DNA from: Alphaproteobacteria bacterium
GTDB lineage: Bacteria > Pseudomonadota > Alphaproteobacteria > CBCXTS01
Length of the DNA: 64,000 nt
NCBI GenBank assembly: GCA_965178085.1
Contig: CBCXTS010000021.1
Span: 322,048 to 386,047, forward strand
Reading direction: 5' to 3'
Below are positions 42,841 to 54,841 of the stretch, one piece after another. Position 1 is the stretch's first letter. Every line of letters starts with the position of its first letter. A program made the translations under genes and the position numbers. The notes beneath the pieces were generated by a model, which did no database searches, had not been told where the DNA came from, and saw only the letters and a program-made list of their open reading frames with translations.

Positions 42841-43266
42841 CTATGAAATATATACTGGGTTTTGATATGCATTAAGCAATTCTTCGGCAACATTTAGAGC
42901 ATGTTCAGCTTTTTGGCGCTCTTGATCATCACGCGCTGATGATAAACTATCTCTAGCGTTTGCACATCTTTTTTCTATTTCTTCTAATTGAACACTATCA
43001 AACTGACATGCACTATCGGCAAGAACACGGCAAATTGAACCAGAAATTTCAACAAAACCTCCTGATACAAAAAATCTATCGATCGCTTTACCATGATCAA
43101 ACACAACAATTGATCCTAAACGCAAAGCAGACATAAAAGGAGCACATCCTGGCAAAACACCAAAGTCGCCCTCGCTTCCTGGAATAACCACCATGTCAAC
43201 TTCACCAGCAAACAAACTCTTGCTTGGTTCAATAATTTCAAGTGTTGTAGAATTTTTAGCCATCAT
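42841..43266 (-). CDS. atpC: F1 ATP synthase epsilon subunit
   Basis: 141 aa with a beta-sandwich and helical hairpin. Last gene of the F1 operon. Confidence 0.9.
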   Translation of the reverse strand: MMAKNSTTLEIIEPSKSLFAGEVDMVVIPGSEGDFGVLPGCAPFMSALRLGSIVVFDHGKAIDRFFVSGGFVEISGSICRVLADSACQFDSVQLEEIEKRCANARDSLSSARDDQERQKAEHALNVAEELLNAYQNPVYIS

Positions 43267-43298
43267 ATTAAGCTCATACAGTTCCAGAAATATTTAAA

Positions 43299-44738
<1,440 letters not shown>

Positions 44739-44759
44739 TTAGTCAATTTTTTGAATAAA

Positions 44760-45680
44760 TCAGAGCGCCTCAGCACCTGAAATAATTTCAATTAGTTCTT
44801 TTGTAATTTGCGCTTGTCGAGTTCTATTATAGGTAATCTGTAATTTGTGAATCATATCGCCAGCATTACGAGTTGCATTGTCCATCGCAGTCATGCGCGC
44901 ACCTTGCTCTGATGCAAAGCTTTCAAGCAAAGCTCTAAACAATTGTACCGAAATATTTTTAGGCAAAATCTGTTTAAGAATTTCATTCTCATCAGGCTCA
45001 AACTCATATACCGCATTCTGTGATGCATCTATTTTTTCGTAATTGTTTTGCTTATCATCTTGTTCGTCATTGTCTTGTAACGTCACACCTGTAAAAGGAA
45101 TTAACCCAAGTAGAGTAACCGTTTGTGTTAGCACTGAAATAAAACGATTATAAACCAAGCTACAAACATCAAACTCCCCATTATCGTAAAGATGATGTAT
45201 TCTTTCAGCTATCTTTTCAGCATGCTCAAATGCAGGAGTAGGTTTGCATAAATCTTCATAAACCTCAACAAATCGATCGCTATATTGACGCCTCAATTGT
45301 ACCGAAGCTTTACGCCCTATAATAAAAAGCTTAACTTGCTTGTCTTGTGATTCAAGCATTTCGATTCTTGCTTTAACATCGCGCACGATTGACCCATTAA
45401 AGCCACCACATAATCCTCTATCGGATGAGATAACAATCAATAAATGAATGCGATCTTTGCCATTTCCTACCAACAAACCTGGCCCGTTGCCTGACTCACC
45501 TACTCCTTGAGAAAGGGCCGATATCATAGATTCCATTGCCACAGCATAAGGTCTTGCGCTCTCTGCATTCTCTTGTGCACGGCGCAATTTTGCAGCTGCT
45601 ACCATTTTCATTGCGGATGTAATCCGTTTGGTAGACTGTACACTTGAAATTCTAACACGCAGTTCTTTCAAACTAGCCAT
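44760..45680 (-). CDS. atpG: F1 ATP synthase gamma subunit
   Basis: 306 aa with characteristic N- and C-terminal helices (ITKELIEIISGAEAL). Confidence 0.95.
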   Translation of the reverse strand: MASLKELRVRISSVQSTKRITSAMKMVAAAKLRRAQENAESARPYAVAMESMISALSQGVGESGNGPGLLVGNGKDRIHLLIVISSDRGLCGGFNGSIVRDVKARIEMLESQDKQVKLFIIGRKASVQLRRQYSDRFVEVYEDLCKPTPAFEHAEKIAERIHHLYDNGEFDVCSLVYNRFISVLTQTVTLLGLIPFTGVTLQDNDEQDDKQNNYEKIDASQNAVYEFEPDENEILKQILPKNISVQLFRALLESFASEQGARMTAMDNATRNAGDMIHKLQITYNRTRQAQITKELIEIISGAEAL

Positions 45681-45757
45681 TGATATCTTCCGCCATTTAC
45701 ATTCTTCATTGCATTATAGAGCCAATAATCATTGTTATACCTAAAGCAGTCACTTTC

Positions 45758-47287
45758 TTAAGAGAAATTCTTAATAAAACCTTCTAAGATTTTCTCTATT
45801 TGTTGTATCGAATCATCTGACAATTCTGATGTACTGTCAATCGTATCTAACAACTGTGAATGTTCTGATCGTAGTGCATTTAGCAAATCACTTTCAAACT
45901 TACGCACATCTCCAATCGCAACTGTATCAAGATATCCTTTCGTTCCAGCATAAATAACAATCACCTGCTCAGAAACTTTAAGTGGGCTATATTGTGGTTG
46001 CTTTAATAATTCTGTCAGCCTAGCACCTCGTGCCAATAACCTCTGCGTAGCTGCGTCAAGATCAGATGCAAATTGTGAAAAAGCTTCCATTTCGCGATAT
46101 TGCGCGAGTTCGAGTTTAACCGAACCTGCTACCTTTTTCATAGCTTTTGTTTGTGCTGCAGAACCTACACGGCTAACCGATAACCCTACATTAATAGCAG
46201 GTCGAACGCCTTTATAAAACAAATCTGTTTCTAGAAAAATCTGTCCATCGGTAATTGAAATAACGTTCGTTGGAATATACGCCGACACATCATTAGCTTG
46301 AGTTTCGATAATAGGCAGCGCCGTTAAAGATCCAGATCCATTGTCTTTATTAAGCTTTGCAGCGCGTTCAAGTAAACGTGAATGAATATAAAACACATCT
46401 CCTGGATACGCTTCGCGCCCTGGAGGACGGCGCAATAACAAAGACATTTGCCTATATGACACTGCTTGTTTAGAAAGATCGTCATAAATGATCAATGCAT
46501 GCATGCCATTATCTCTAAAATATTCACCCATTGCGCACCCTATATAAGGCGCTAAAAATTGTAATGGTGCAGGATCAGAAGCTGTTGCAGCAACAACAAT
46601 AGTATATTCCATTGCTCCGCGTTCTTCTAATGTTTTTACAACTTGTGCAACGGTCGAGCGCTTTTGGCCAATTGCGACATAAATGCAATAAAGCTTTTTG
46701 CTTTCATCTGTTCCAGCATTAATTGGCTTTTGGTTCAAAATTGCATCAATTGCAACGGCTGTTTTGCCAGTTTGACGATCACCAATAATCAATTCACGCT
46801 GCCCGCGACCAATCGGCACTAGAGCATCAAGTGCCTTTAAACCTGTTTGCACAGGTTCATGCACAGACTGTCTTGGGATAATGCCAGGAGCTTTAACTTC
46901 AGCTAATCTGCGTTCTGTATTTTTTAACGCTCCTTTACCATCAATAGGATTTCCAAGTCCATCAACAACGCGACCCAATAACGATTTTCCAGTGGGCACA
47001 TCAACAAGTGACCCTGTGCGTTTAACTGTATCGCCTTCTTTGATATCTCGATCAGAGCCAAAAATAACAACACCTACATTGTCATCTTCTAAATTGAGTG
47101 CCATCCCTTTAACATTATCAGGAAACTCAAGCATCTCTCCTGCTTGCACATTATCTAGACCATAAACACGAGCAACACCGTCTCCAACAGATATAACCTG
47201 TCCGACTTCTGCCATGTCAGTTTCATTGCCAAAATTGGCAATGCGTTCTTTTAGTAAAGAAGAAATTTCTGCGGCGCGCAGTTCCAT
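45758..47287 (-). CDS. atpA: F1 ATP synthase alpha subunit
   Basis: P-loop GDRQTGKT. 509 aa. Confidence 0.97.
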   Translation of the reverse strand: MELRAAEISSLLKERIANFGNETDMAEVGQVISVGDGVARVYGLDNVQAGEMLEFPDNVKGMALNLEDDNVGVVIFGSDRDIKEGDTVKRTGSLVDVPTGKSLLGRVVDGLGNPIDGKGALKNTERRLAEVKAPGIIPRQSVHEPVQTGLKALDALVPIGRGQRELIIGDRQTGKTAVAIDAILNQKPINAGTDESKKLYCIYVAIGQKRSTVAQVVKTLEERGAMEYTIVVAATASDPAPLQFLAPYIGCAMGEYFRDNGMHALIIYDDLSKQAVSYRQMSLLLRRPPGREAYPGDVFYIHSRLLERAAKLNKDNGSGSLTALPIIETQANDVSAYIPTNVISITDGQIFLETDLFYKGVRPAINVGLSVSRVGSAAQTKAMKKVAGSVKLELAQYREMEAFSQFASDLDAATQRLLARGARLTELLKQPQYSPLKVSEQVIVIYAGTKGYLDTVAIGDVRKFESDLLNALRSEHSQLLDTIDSTSELSDDSIQQIEKILEGFIKNFS

Positions 47288-47290
47288 ACC

Positions 47291-47842
47291 TCAGTTTCCT
47301 TTCATTGATAATTCAATTTTCTTTAGCTGTGTTCCAACGGATGCATCAATCATTTTGCTTGCAAAACGTATAATGATACCACCCAATATTTCTGGATTTA
47401 CCTTATAGGCAATATCCAACTTATCACCTAAAACACTCGTCAGTGAATCTGCTGTTTGCTTTTTTGTTTTGTCATCAAACAGAAAAGCGCTAGTGATTTC
47501 TGCACGTATGATGCCACGAGAATCTGCAATCTTATCCTCAAATCGCTCAATAATAGCACGCACATTTGTTAATCTTCTATTAACACAAAGATATTTTATA
47601 AAATGAACTGTTAATTCATCACAATTAAGCTTTTCTAGCAATAATCCCATAACATCTTCTACTAGCTTACGATTGACGATTGGATTGCTAAGTAATCTGC
47701 GCAAATCTTGTGAATCGTCTAATACCTGCAACAAAGCAGCAAAGTCTCTTGAAATGATGTCTTGCTGAGCGTTGTCTTTACAAAGCTCAAATAACGCATT
47801 TGCGTATCGCCTTGCAATGATACTTTCTTTTGAACTTGCCAA
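47291..47842 (-). CDS. atpH: F1 ATP synthase delta (OSCP) subunit
   Basis: 183 aa in the position of delta at the head of atpHAGDC, 3 nt before atpA. Confidence 0.85.
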   Translation of the reverse strand: MASSKESIIARRYANALFELCKDNAQQDIISRDFAALLQVLDDSQDLRRLLSNPIVNRKLVEDVMGLLLEKLNCDELTVHFIKYLCVNRRLTNVRAIIERFEDKIADSRGIIRAEITSAFLFDDKTKKQTADSLTSVLGDKLDIAYKVNPEILGGIIIRFASKMIDASVGTQLKKIELSMKGN

Positions 47843-48295
47843 ATTAAAACCCTACCAAAAGTATGAACAAAATAGAACAATATTCTATTTCATTTTTAAA
47901 AACAATTTTTAAAAACAAAAGCAAACTTTATGTGTTATACTACCTTAATCAACGCTTAATCAATACAAAGCATCACCAACATAATATCGTACCTTTGAAA
48001 CCCTGCCAGCTATGATCATTAGATCGTATGTGTGTCGTTTAGCATAGCCAACATCACATCGCAATAACGAGCTGCATTTTTATAGTAGAATATTGCATAT
48101 TTTTGTTTTTTTATGCACAAAGCATTAAATTGCACAAAACATAACCATATTATACCACAACAATTATCAGCTTTTTATAATCTGCTAAACATTCTTTTAT
48201 TATTTACCAAATAGCAGCATTATTTGCTAACTGCTTGAATAAAAATGGTTAAGCTAAATTTAATTCAACAAAGCAGCCCAATGATATTGCTGTAC

Positions 48296-49819
48296 TTATC
48301 TAGTGCTACCAGACATAATATCATCACAATCATTTGTTGCCACGATCGTTGCTTTAATAGCACGTTTCCATGCTGAGTACTTTTGCAGTCTAATTGCTTC
48401 TGGCATATTAGGAATAAAGCTTGCTTCAATGGATCGATTGTTCATAAACTCTTCTTGGCTAGGGTACACTCCTGCATGCATCCCTGCAACCCACGCAACC
48501 CCTAGCGCAGTTGCATCAAGCATCGCAGGGCGATCTACAATCAAGTTTGTAATGTCTGATAAAAACTGCATTGTATAACCAGACAAGCACATGCCACCAT
48601 CAACACGCAATCTGCCATCAGCACTTGAGCTCCAATCCATTTGCATTGCTTCAAGAAGGTCTCGGGTTTGAAAGCCTATGGATTCAAGAGCTGCTCGGGC
48701 AAACTCCTCTCTTCTTGATCCACGTGTTATACCAAATATTGCTCCACGGCATTCTGGTTTCCAATAAGGAGATCCCAATCCGGTAAACGCTGGTACAAAA
48801 ACAAGCTCTTGCTTATCATCGCTAGACAAAGCCAAATCTTGTGCCTGTGATGCGATGTTAATAATTTTTAGTCCATCGCGTAACCATTGTACAGATGCAC
48901 CTGCAACAAAAATTGATCCTTCTAATGCATACGTTGTTTTTCCATCAAATTGATATGCAATAGTTGTAAGAAGGCGATGTCGCGACTTTACTGCTTGACT
49001 GCCTGTATTAAGCAATACAAAGCAACCAGTGCCATAAGTAGATTTCATCATTCCAGGTTGAAAGCAAGCATGACCAATCGTTGCAGCATGTTGATCTCCT
49101 AGCACTGCAAAGATAGGAATCTGTGAGCCAAGTATATCTGAAGATGTCACTCCAAAATCATCAGCACAATTATTTACCTTTGGCAACATTTGCTCTGGAA
49201 TAGCTAATAATGCGCAAAGTTGTGATGACCATTCCCCTTGATGAATATCATAAAGCATCGTGCGGGCAGCATTTGTTGCATCCGTACAATGTACTTTGCC
49301 TTTTGTAAATTTCCAAATTAGATAACTATCAACCGTGCCAAACAGCAGGTCTCCTTGTTGAGCTTTTTGCATTGCGCCATCAATATGGGTTAATAACCAG
49401 TGAAGTTTTGTCGCGCAAAAATAAGGATCAATCAGCAAGCCTGTTACATCTGTTATAAGTTTTTCATGTCCTTGTGCTTTAAGCGATTCACAGTAATCTG
49501 CGGTGCGCCTATCTTGCCACACAATCGCATTGCTAATGGGTAATCCTGTATTTTTATCCCAAACCAATGTTGTTTCGCGTTGGTTGGCAATGCCAATTGC
49601 AGTTATTTGTGATGCATCAATTTTAGCCTTTGCTATTGCTTCGCGACAAGTTGCAACTACTGTTGACCAAATGTCAGCTGGATCGTGTTCAACCCATCCT
49701 GAAGCAGGAAAATATTGCTTGAACTCTTTATGTGAAGAAACAATTGGGGTAATATTTTTATCAAAAATAATCGCTCGGCTAGAAGTTGTACCTTGATCAA
49801 TTGCAAGCACGTAAGTCAC
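48296..49819 (-). CDS. glpK: Glycerol kinase
   Basis: N-terminal FGGY motif (AIDQGTTSSRAIIFD). 507 aa. Confidence 0.95.
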   Translation of the reverse strand: MTYVLAIDQGTTSSRAIIFDKNITPIVSSHKEFKQYFPASGWVEHDPADIWSTVVATCREAIAKAKIDASQITAIGIANQRETTLVWDKNTGLPISNAIVWQDRRTADYCESLKAQGHEKLITDVTGLLIDPYFCATKLHWLLTHIDGAMQKAQQGDLLFGTVDSYLIWKFTKGKVHCTDATNAARTMLYDIHQGEWSSQLCALLAIPEQMLPKVNNCADDFGVTSSDILGSQIPIFAVLGDQHAATIGHACFQPGMMKSTYGTGCFVLLNTGSQAVKSRHRLLTTIAYQFDGKTTYALEGSIFVAGASVQWLRDGLKIINIASQAQDLALSSDDKQELVFVPAFTGLGSPYWKPECRGAIFGITRGSRREEFARAALESIGFQTRDLLEAMQMDWSSSADGRLRVDGGMCLSGYTMQFLSDITNLIVDRPAMLDATALGVAWVAGMHAGVYPSQEEFMNNRSIEASFIPNMPEAIRLQKYSAWKRAIKATIVATNDCDDIMSGSTR

Positions 49820-51369
49820 TGCCTTATCTCCTTGATATAAGAGCTTATTTGCTCGATTGCATCCTCATCAAGATACAAACCTAATTTTGTGCGCCTCCAA
49901 ATAATATCTTCAACCGTTTGGGCAAATTCAAATTTTATTAAATAATTAATCTCATGAGTTGTTAAGTTTGGAAAAAAAAATTGACCCATATCTTCTTTCC
50001 TTGTTAAATCACCAAGCAAACTCCATGCATCAGTTCCATAACTTTTAAATAATCTTTTAGCCCACATATCATCTAGAAATGTATAATCGCAAAGTAATTG
50101 TTTAACCCATTTTTCTTCTGTACCAACAATAAAATTGCCACCTGGCAATGGCTTATCTGCAGTCCATTTATTGCCCATTGTAAAAAAAGGTAACAACATC
50201 TCAAGAGCATCTTCAGCAAGCTTGCGATGTGTTGTGATTTTGCCCCCAAATATGTTTAAAAGCGGAGCGCCTTTTTGTGTATTCAGCTCAATAATATAAT
50301 CACGTGAAGCTGCTGTTGGAGATTTCAATCCATCATCATAAAGCGGGCGCACACCAGAATAACTTGAAATCACATCAGATGGTTGAATAGTACGCTTAAA
50401 ATATTGGTTCACACAAGCACATAAATAGCTAACCTCTTCTTGTGAACATGTTGGAGTAGCATGGACATTATTATGCTCTACATCTGTCGTTCCTATTAAC
50501 GTAAAGTCATTTTCATATGGAATAGCAAAAATAATGCGGCTATCTTTTCCTTGAAAAAAATAACATTTACTATGCTCATATATTTTTTTTACTATAATAT
50601 GGCTACCTTTAATCAAACGTATTTTCTTTTGCATATCTACGTCTATTACATTACAAATAACATCTTCTACCCATGGGCCAGCTGCATTAATAAGCGCGCG
50701 CGCATACAGCACTTCTTGATCGGTTGTAATTTCCCATATGCCATTTGTACATATTGCTTTTATAACATTATTGCGCGTTGTAATATTCCCACCTAAACGC
50801 GCTGCGTCACACGCATTGAGTACAACAAGACGTGAGTCATCTACCCAACAATCTGAATATTCATATGCCTTTAAAAATTGATCTTGTAACGGTGCACCTT
50901 CCACGGTATTTTTTAATGCTATTGTTTTTGTTTTTGGTAGTATATTTCTATTGCCTATATGATCATATAAAAATAACCCAAGCCAAATAAGCCAAGCTGG
51001 GCGAGATCTACCTTGCCAGGGTAACAACATTGAAATAAGCTTTGATACTGGTGTTTGCGCTTCAAATTGCATATCCTTATAATAAGGCAAAATAAAGCGC
51101 ATAGGCCACGAAATATGTGGCATGTTTTTTAAGAGAATTTCTTGCTCTTTTAAAGAATTACGTACAAGCCTAAACTCAAAATACTCAAGATAACGCAACC
51201 CACCATGAAATAGCTTTGTTGAGTTAGAAGATGTTGCCGAAGCAAGATCGTTTTTTTCAGCAAGATAAACTTGTAAACCTCGCCCTGCTGCATCGCGCGC
51301 TATGCTAACACCGTTAATACCGCCACCAACGATAAAAAGATCATATATTTTTGAACTCGATTGAGACAT
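49816..51369 (-). CDS. glpD: Glycerol-3-phosphate dehydrogenase (FAD-dependent)
   Basis: FAD motif (DLFIVGGGINGVSIARDAAGRGL). 517 aa. Overlaps glpK by 4 nt. Confidence 0.9.
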   Translation of the reverse strand: MSQSSSKIYDLFIVGGGINGVSIARDAAGRGLQVYLAEKNDLASATSSNSTKLFHGGLRYLEYFEFRLVRNSLKEQEILLKNMPHISWPMRFILPYYKDMQFEAQTPVSKLISMLLPWQGRSRPAWLIWLGLFLYDHIGNRNILPKTKTIALKNTVEGAPLQDQFLKAYEYSDCWVDDSRLVVLNACDAARLGGNITTRNNVIKAICTNGIWEITTDQEVLYARALINAAGPWVEDVICNVIDVDMQKKIRLIKGSHIIVKKIYEHSKCYFFQGKDSRIIFAIPYENDFTLIGTTDVEHNNVHATPTCSQEEVSYLCACVNQYFKRTIQPSDVISSYSGVRPLYDDGLKSPTAASRDYIIELNTQKGAPLLNIFGGKITTHRKLAEDALEMLLPFFTMGNKWTADKPLPGGNFIVGTEEKWVKQLLCDYTFLDDMWAKRLFKSYGTDAWSLLGDLTRKEDMGQFFFPNLTTHEINYLIKFEFAQTVEDIIWRRTKLGLYLDEDAIEQISSYIKEIRQ

Positions 51370-51503
51370 TTTTATGACAATCTGATTTTTGATATAGATA
51401 TTAAGCTAATCAGCAATATCGCTCAACATCTAGGATATAGTAAAAAGACAGTCCAAGCTTTATATATCCAAGTCAATAATACAACACTATGATGTGCTTT
51501 ATA

Positions 51504-52604
51504 CTATTGTTTTTGAATTAAAGCATCCCATCTAGCAAAAAACTTTTCTGGACTATAATCAATAACAATCTGCTGAGCTGCTTTTGATAAACTTACTCTT
51601 TGTTGTTCATCATCTAATAATTTTTTTATCAAATTGCTTAGCATCCCTACATCGCCTATATTAAAAACCCTACCATTTACCCCGTCATTTATAATGCTTA
51701 TATTGCCACGACAATTACTTGCTATTGTTGGAATACCTGCTGCCAATGCCTCACATAAAGCATTCGAAAATCCTTCATAGAACGATGGAAAAACAAATAA
51801 ATCTGCTTGCGCCAAATGCTGCGCAACACAATTGCTTTGCCCTGGCAAAAAAACGCGCGCCTCTAATTGAGAACTAGCGATCAATTTTTTGAGTTTTGTC
51901 CGCTCTGGTCCTTCTCCATAAATCGTTAATGTTATGTCAGGATATGATTGGGCAATTCTTGTAAATGACTTAATCAACGTTTGATGATCTTTATACCACA
52001 TCAATCTTCCAACACTAACAATATGCTTTGGAAACTTTGATATTTTTTTTACTGCAAATGAAGACGGATAAACACCATTGGGAATGATTTTAATACGCCT
52101 TTGGCATGCATCAGTAAAATAATCCTGATAATGCTCAGATTGCAAAACAATATAATCTGCTAAAGGATAAAGTTTTAGTCGTAGCCATTGATACAATGTA
52201 GGTAATTTGTGCATATAAGGATCAGTACGCTCTGTAACAATCGTTGTCTTGCGTAACCCAAACGCAGCAATTAACATTGCTATATTGACTGTATCCATAA
52301 AGGATATGATGACATCAGGGTTTTGAAACTTTAATTCCTTTCTTAAAAGGATAAGACGCTTTAAAATACTCAAAATCTGCATATAAAATCGTGTAGATTG
52401 AACAAGACAGTTCAATTGTACTAATTTAATATCAGCTGTAAGGTCATAAATAGGTAAGTCGCTAGGACCTGCAAATGTTATAATAGTGATCTCATGCTTT
52501 TTGCTAGCATAGTAGTTAGCGAGTTTTGCTAAAACCGTTTCTGCACCACCAATGAAAGAAAGGTGTGGAATGATCAATATAATACGCATACACAATACTA
52601 ACAC
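51504..52604 (-). CDS. Family 4 (GT-B, group 1) glycosyltransferase
   Basis: The C-terminal EX7E-type region (FVFPSFYEGFSNALCEALAAGIPTIASN) marks a retaining GT4. It lies immediately downstream of the candidate system. Confidence 0.8.
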   Translation of the reverse strand: MLVLCMRIILIIPHLSFIGGAETVLAKLANYYASKKHEITIITFAGPSDLPIYDLTADIKLVQLNCLVQSTRFYMQILSILKRLILLRKELKFQNPDVIISFMDTVNIAMLIAAFGLRKTTIVTERTDPYMHKLPTLYQWLRLKLYPLADYIVLQSEHYQDYFTDACQRRIKIIPNGVYPSSFAVKKISKFPKHIVSVGRLMWYKDHQTLIKSFTRIAQSYPDITLTIYGEGPERTKLKKLIASSQLEARVFLPGQSNCVAQHLAQADLFVFPSFYEGFSNALCEALAAGIPTIASNCRGNISIINDGVNGRVFNIGDVGMLSNLIKKLLDDEQQRVSLSKAAQQIVIDYSPEKFFARWDALIQKQ

Positions 52605-52695
52605 AAATGACTAAAACTGCAAAAATCAACTACCATATATGTCACTATTTATATTATCCACAATTTATAATCTGCCTATATCAATAGTAATTATT

Positions 52696-53700
52696 TTATG
52701 GCGAAAGGCCAATAAATGTTCCACTATTTTTATTTGTAATCTCGCGCATTAAAATAGAATAACGTTCAGAACCACCAAATCCTATACCATGTACTTTAGC
52801 TTTTGGTTTGCCTGTAATGACATCACGATTTAACATGTTAAGCGTTTGAACAACTTGGTCATAAGACACCCTATCATTAAAATCATCTCCAAATATATAA
52901 ATTGATAAACTTACACCAGGCTTTGCATAAGTTTTCAGTGCAGTTACAAGTCCCTCGACAGGTGAACTGTTAGAATCAGGCGTCCATCTTGACAAAAAAT
53001 TAAGTGCATTTTTACGCCGCGCTTTCGAATCTTTTATCCACTTACCCTTAGTGTTACTTACCAAATAGCGACCATTATCATTCATGATTTGAAAACCTTT
53101 TACAATTGGATGCGCAGTTAAAATATTATCAAGAAGCCGCAAAAGTGTAGGTTTAAATTTATCCATACTGCCTGAGGTGTCTACAATAAAAATAATGTAC
53201 TCGCTATCAACAGGTATCCCTCCAATTTCTTTAATTGGCTTATCAGTTGGTTTGTTGGCTTTTAAAATACCAGCTTTTTGAACAGCATTAGAATCGGCCA
53301 TACTAACCGATGAAAGCTTTTGTTGTTGGCGTATAATATCTTCATTTGCTCGATCAAGTGTATCTAGTTGTTGGTTGAGTTCTTCTAATGTTTGTTCTAA
53401 ATTTGGTAAAGATTGCTGAGTATTAGCGTGAGTTTGCTGTTGGCTATTTAATTTACTCTTAGCTTTAGAAATTTTATGGCTTAATTGGTTAACATGTTTT
53501 TCCAATGCAATAACTTCTGATAGCAATTCTGTTATCACCGCTACATCAGTACTTGCAACGACCTCAGTTGAATCAGATTGAATTGGTTGTGAATTGCCCT
53601 TCGAGATTAAAACCAATAACACCACGGCACCAAATCCACACGATATAATATCTAGAAAAGATAGACTAAAAATTTCAAGAACAGTGCGTTTTTTTTTCAT
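52696..53700 (-). CDS. Single-pass membrane protein with an ExbD/TolR-like Asp-containing TM helix, a coiled coil, and a periplasmic vWA domain with MIDAS (paralogue 2)
   Basis: TM helix LEIFSLSFLDIISCGFGAVVLLVLI, compared with TolR PLLDVLLVLLLIF. The TM helix is followed by about 100 aa of heptad-rich sequence. The vWA MIDAS is FIVDTSGSMD (DxSxS), with a Thr in GLVTAL and an Asp in IFGDDFND. Confidence 0.7.
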   Translation of the reverse strand: MKKKRTVLEIFSLSFLDIISCGFGAVVLLVLISKGNSQPIQSDSTEVVASTDVAVITELLSEVIALEKHVNQLSHKISKAKSKLNSQQQTHANTQQSLPNLEQTLEELNQQLDTLDRANEDIIRQQQKLSSVSMADSNAVQKAGILKANKPTDKPIKEIGGIPVDSEYIIFIVDTSGSMDKFKPTLLRLLDNILTAHPIVKGFQIMNDNGRYLVSNTKGKWIKDSKARRKNALNFLSRWTPDSNSSPVEGLVTALKTYAKPGVSLSIYIFGDDFNDRVSYDQVVQTLNMLNRDVITGKPKAKVHGIGFGGSERYSILMREITNKNSGTFIGLSP

Positions 53701-53713
53701 AAAATTTTATCAC

Positions 53714-54832
53714 TCATGGCCAACTTGGCGCAGGTGTCATTAATATACCTTGCGTTTTAAATGCCCATTGCCAATACATATTAGCAGCTTGAGGGTCGCC
53801 CTCCATTGGAAGCAAGACAATGCTCACTGGGACATTAGCACCAAAACTTTCCTTAACAGCGCTTTGTAATAATTGCTGTCGGCATTCCCCTGATATTGTT
53901 TTACGGTTTAATACACACCGTGAAAACACAGTGCTTGAACCTTGCGTTGGCAAACCATCTGTTACAATGTAAAGGTTTGTAATAGCAGGGTTAATCTCTT
54001 TCATTTTTCTTAATCCTGCTGCTAAGTTTGTAGCGTTTTCAGGAATAAAATCATCAATATTTTTTTGCAGTGCAGCAATATCTTGTGCTTGTGTTGTGCG
54101 CATTAACTGCTTTGGTCCCATCATATGCGCTTCTTGATTATAAAATACTACTGAAAACTCTGAACTTTCTGGTATGTTTGACAAAAGCCAATTTATAATG
54201 CGCTTCGTTCTGATCCATTTGGGACCTGCTTTTTTATCACTAGATTTTTTAATTTTACGTGCAATAATATCAATTAACTTTTCATCTGTCATTGAAGCAC
54301 TAGCATCTATTAGCAAACCAATGCGTTTTCCTTCTACAGAAAGACCAAGTAAATACTGCTCTGTTTCTTTGCCTTTTGTTTGAATATTATTTTTTGCTAA
54401 TTTTTGGCTTTCAGATTGCTGTTTTATTTTTTTTTCAATAAATTCTACACGCTGTTTTGTAAGTTCTTCAAGTTTTGTACGCGATTGATCAATATTTTGC
54501 TGTTTTTGAGAAAGCGTTGCTTGTTTTGCTTGAACATCTAAACGCAGTTTTTGAACCTTTTGCTCTGTTACAATATGCTGCTTCAACTGCTTTTCATACT
54601 GAGCATCTAAATCTATCAATGTCTGTTGTAAATTTGTAGCATGTTCAGATAATGATTTGATGTCCAAACGCAATTGTTGCGTTTGAGTTGACACTACTTC
54701 TTCTGGGGCATTAAGGTCTATCTCTGGATCAAACTTTACCAACATTAAAATTAATATAACCGCGCCCAATCCGCATGACATAATATCTAAAAAAGCTAAA
54801 TTAAAACTCTCAATAATTTTTCTTGAGCGCAT
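53714..54832 (-). CDS. Single-pass membrane protein with an ExbD/TolR-like Asp-containing TM helix, a coiled coil, and a periplasmic vWA domain with MIDAS (paralogue 1)
   Basis: TM helix IESFNLAFLDIMSCGLGAVILILMLV, about 65% identical to its paralogue's TM helix. A coiled coil of about 120 aa follows. The vWA MIDAS is LLIDASASMTD, with NATNLAAGL and YIVTDGLPTQ. Confidence 0.7.
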   Translation of the reverse strand: MRSRKIIESFNLAFLDIMSCGLGAVILILMLVKFDPEIDLNAPEEVVSTQTQQLRLDIKSLSEHATNLQQTLIDLDAQYEKQLKQHIVTEQKVQKLRLDVQAKQATLSQKQQNIDQSRTKLEELTKQRVEFIEKKIKQQSESQKLAKNNIQTKGKETEQYLLGLSVEGKRIGLLIDASASMTDEKLIDIIARKIKKSSDKKAGPKWIRTKRIINWLLSNIPESSEFSVVFYNQEAHMMGPKQLMRTTQAQDIAALQKNIDDFIPENATNLAAGLRKMKEINPAITNLYIVTDGLPTQGSSTVFSRCVLNRKTISGECRQQLLQSAVKESFGANVPVSIVLLPMEGDPQAANMYWQWAFKTQGILMTPAPSWP

Positions 54833-54841
54833 TAGATTTTA

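Noticed and set aside
47843-48295. A 450-bp gap between glpK and atpH as a possible missing gene
   Set aside because: It contains only very short AT-rich ORFs. It is the expected promoter region of the atpHAGDC operon plus the glpK terminator.
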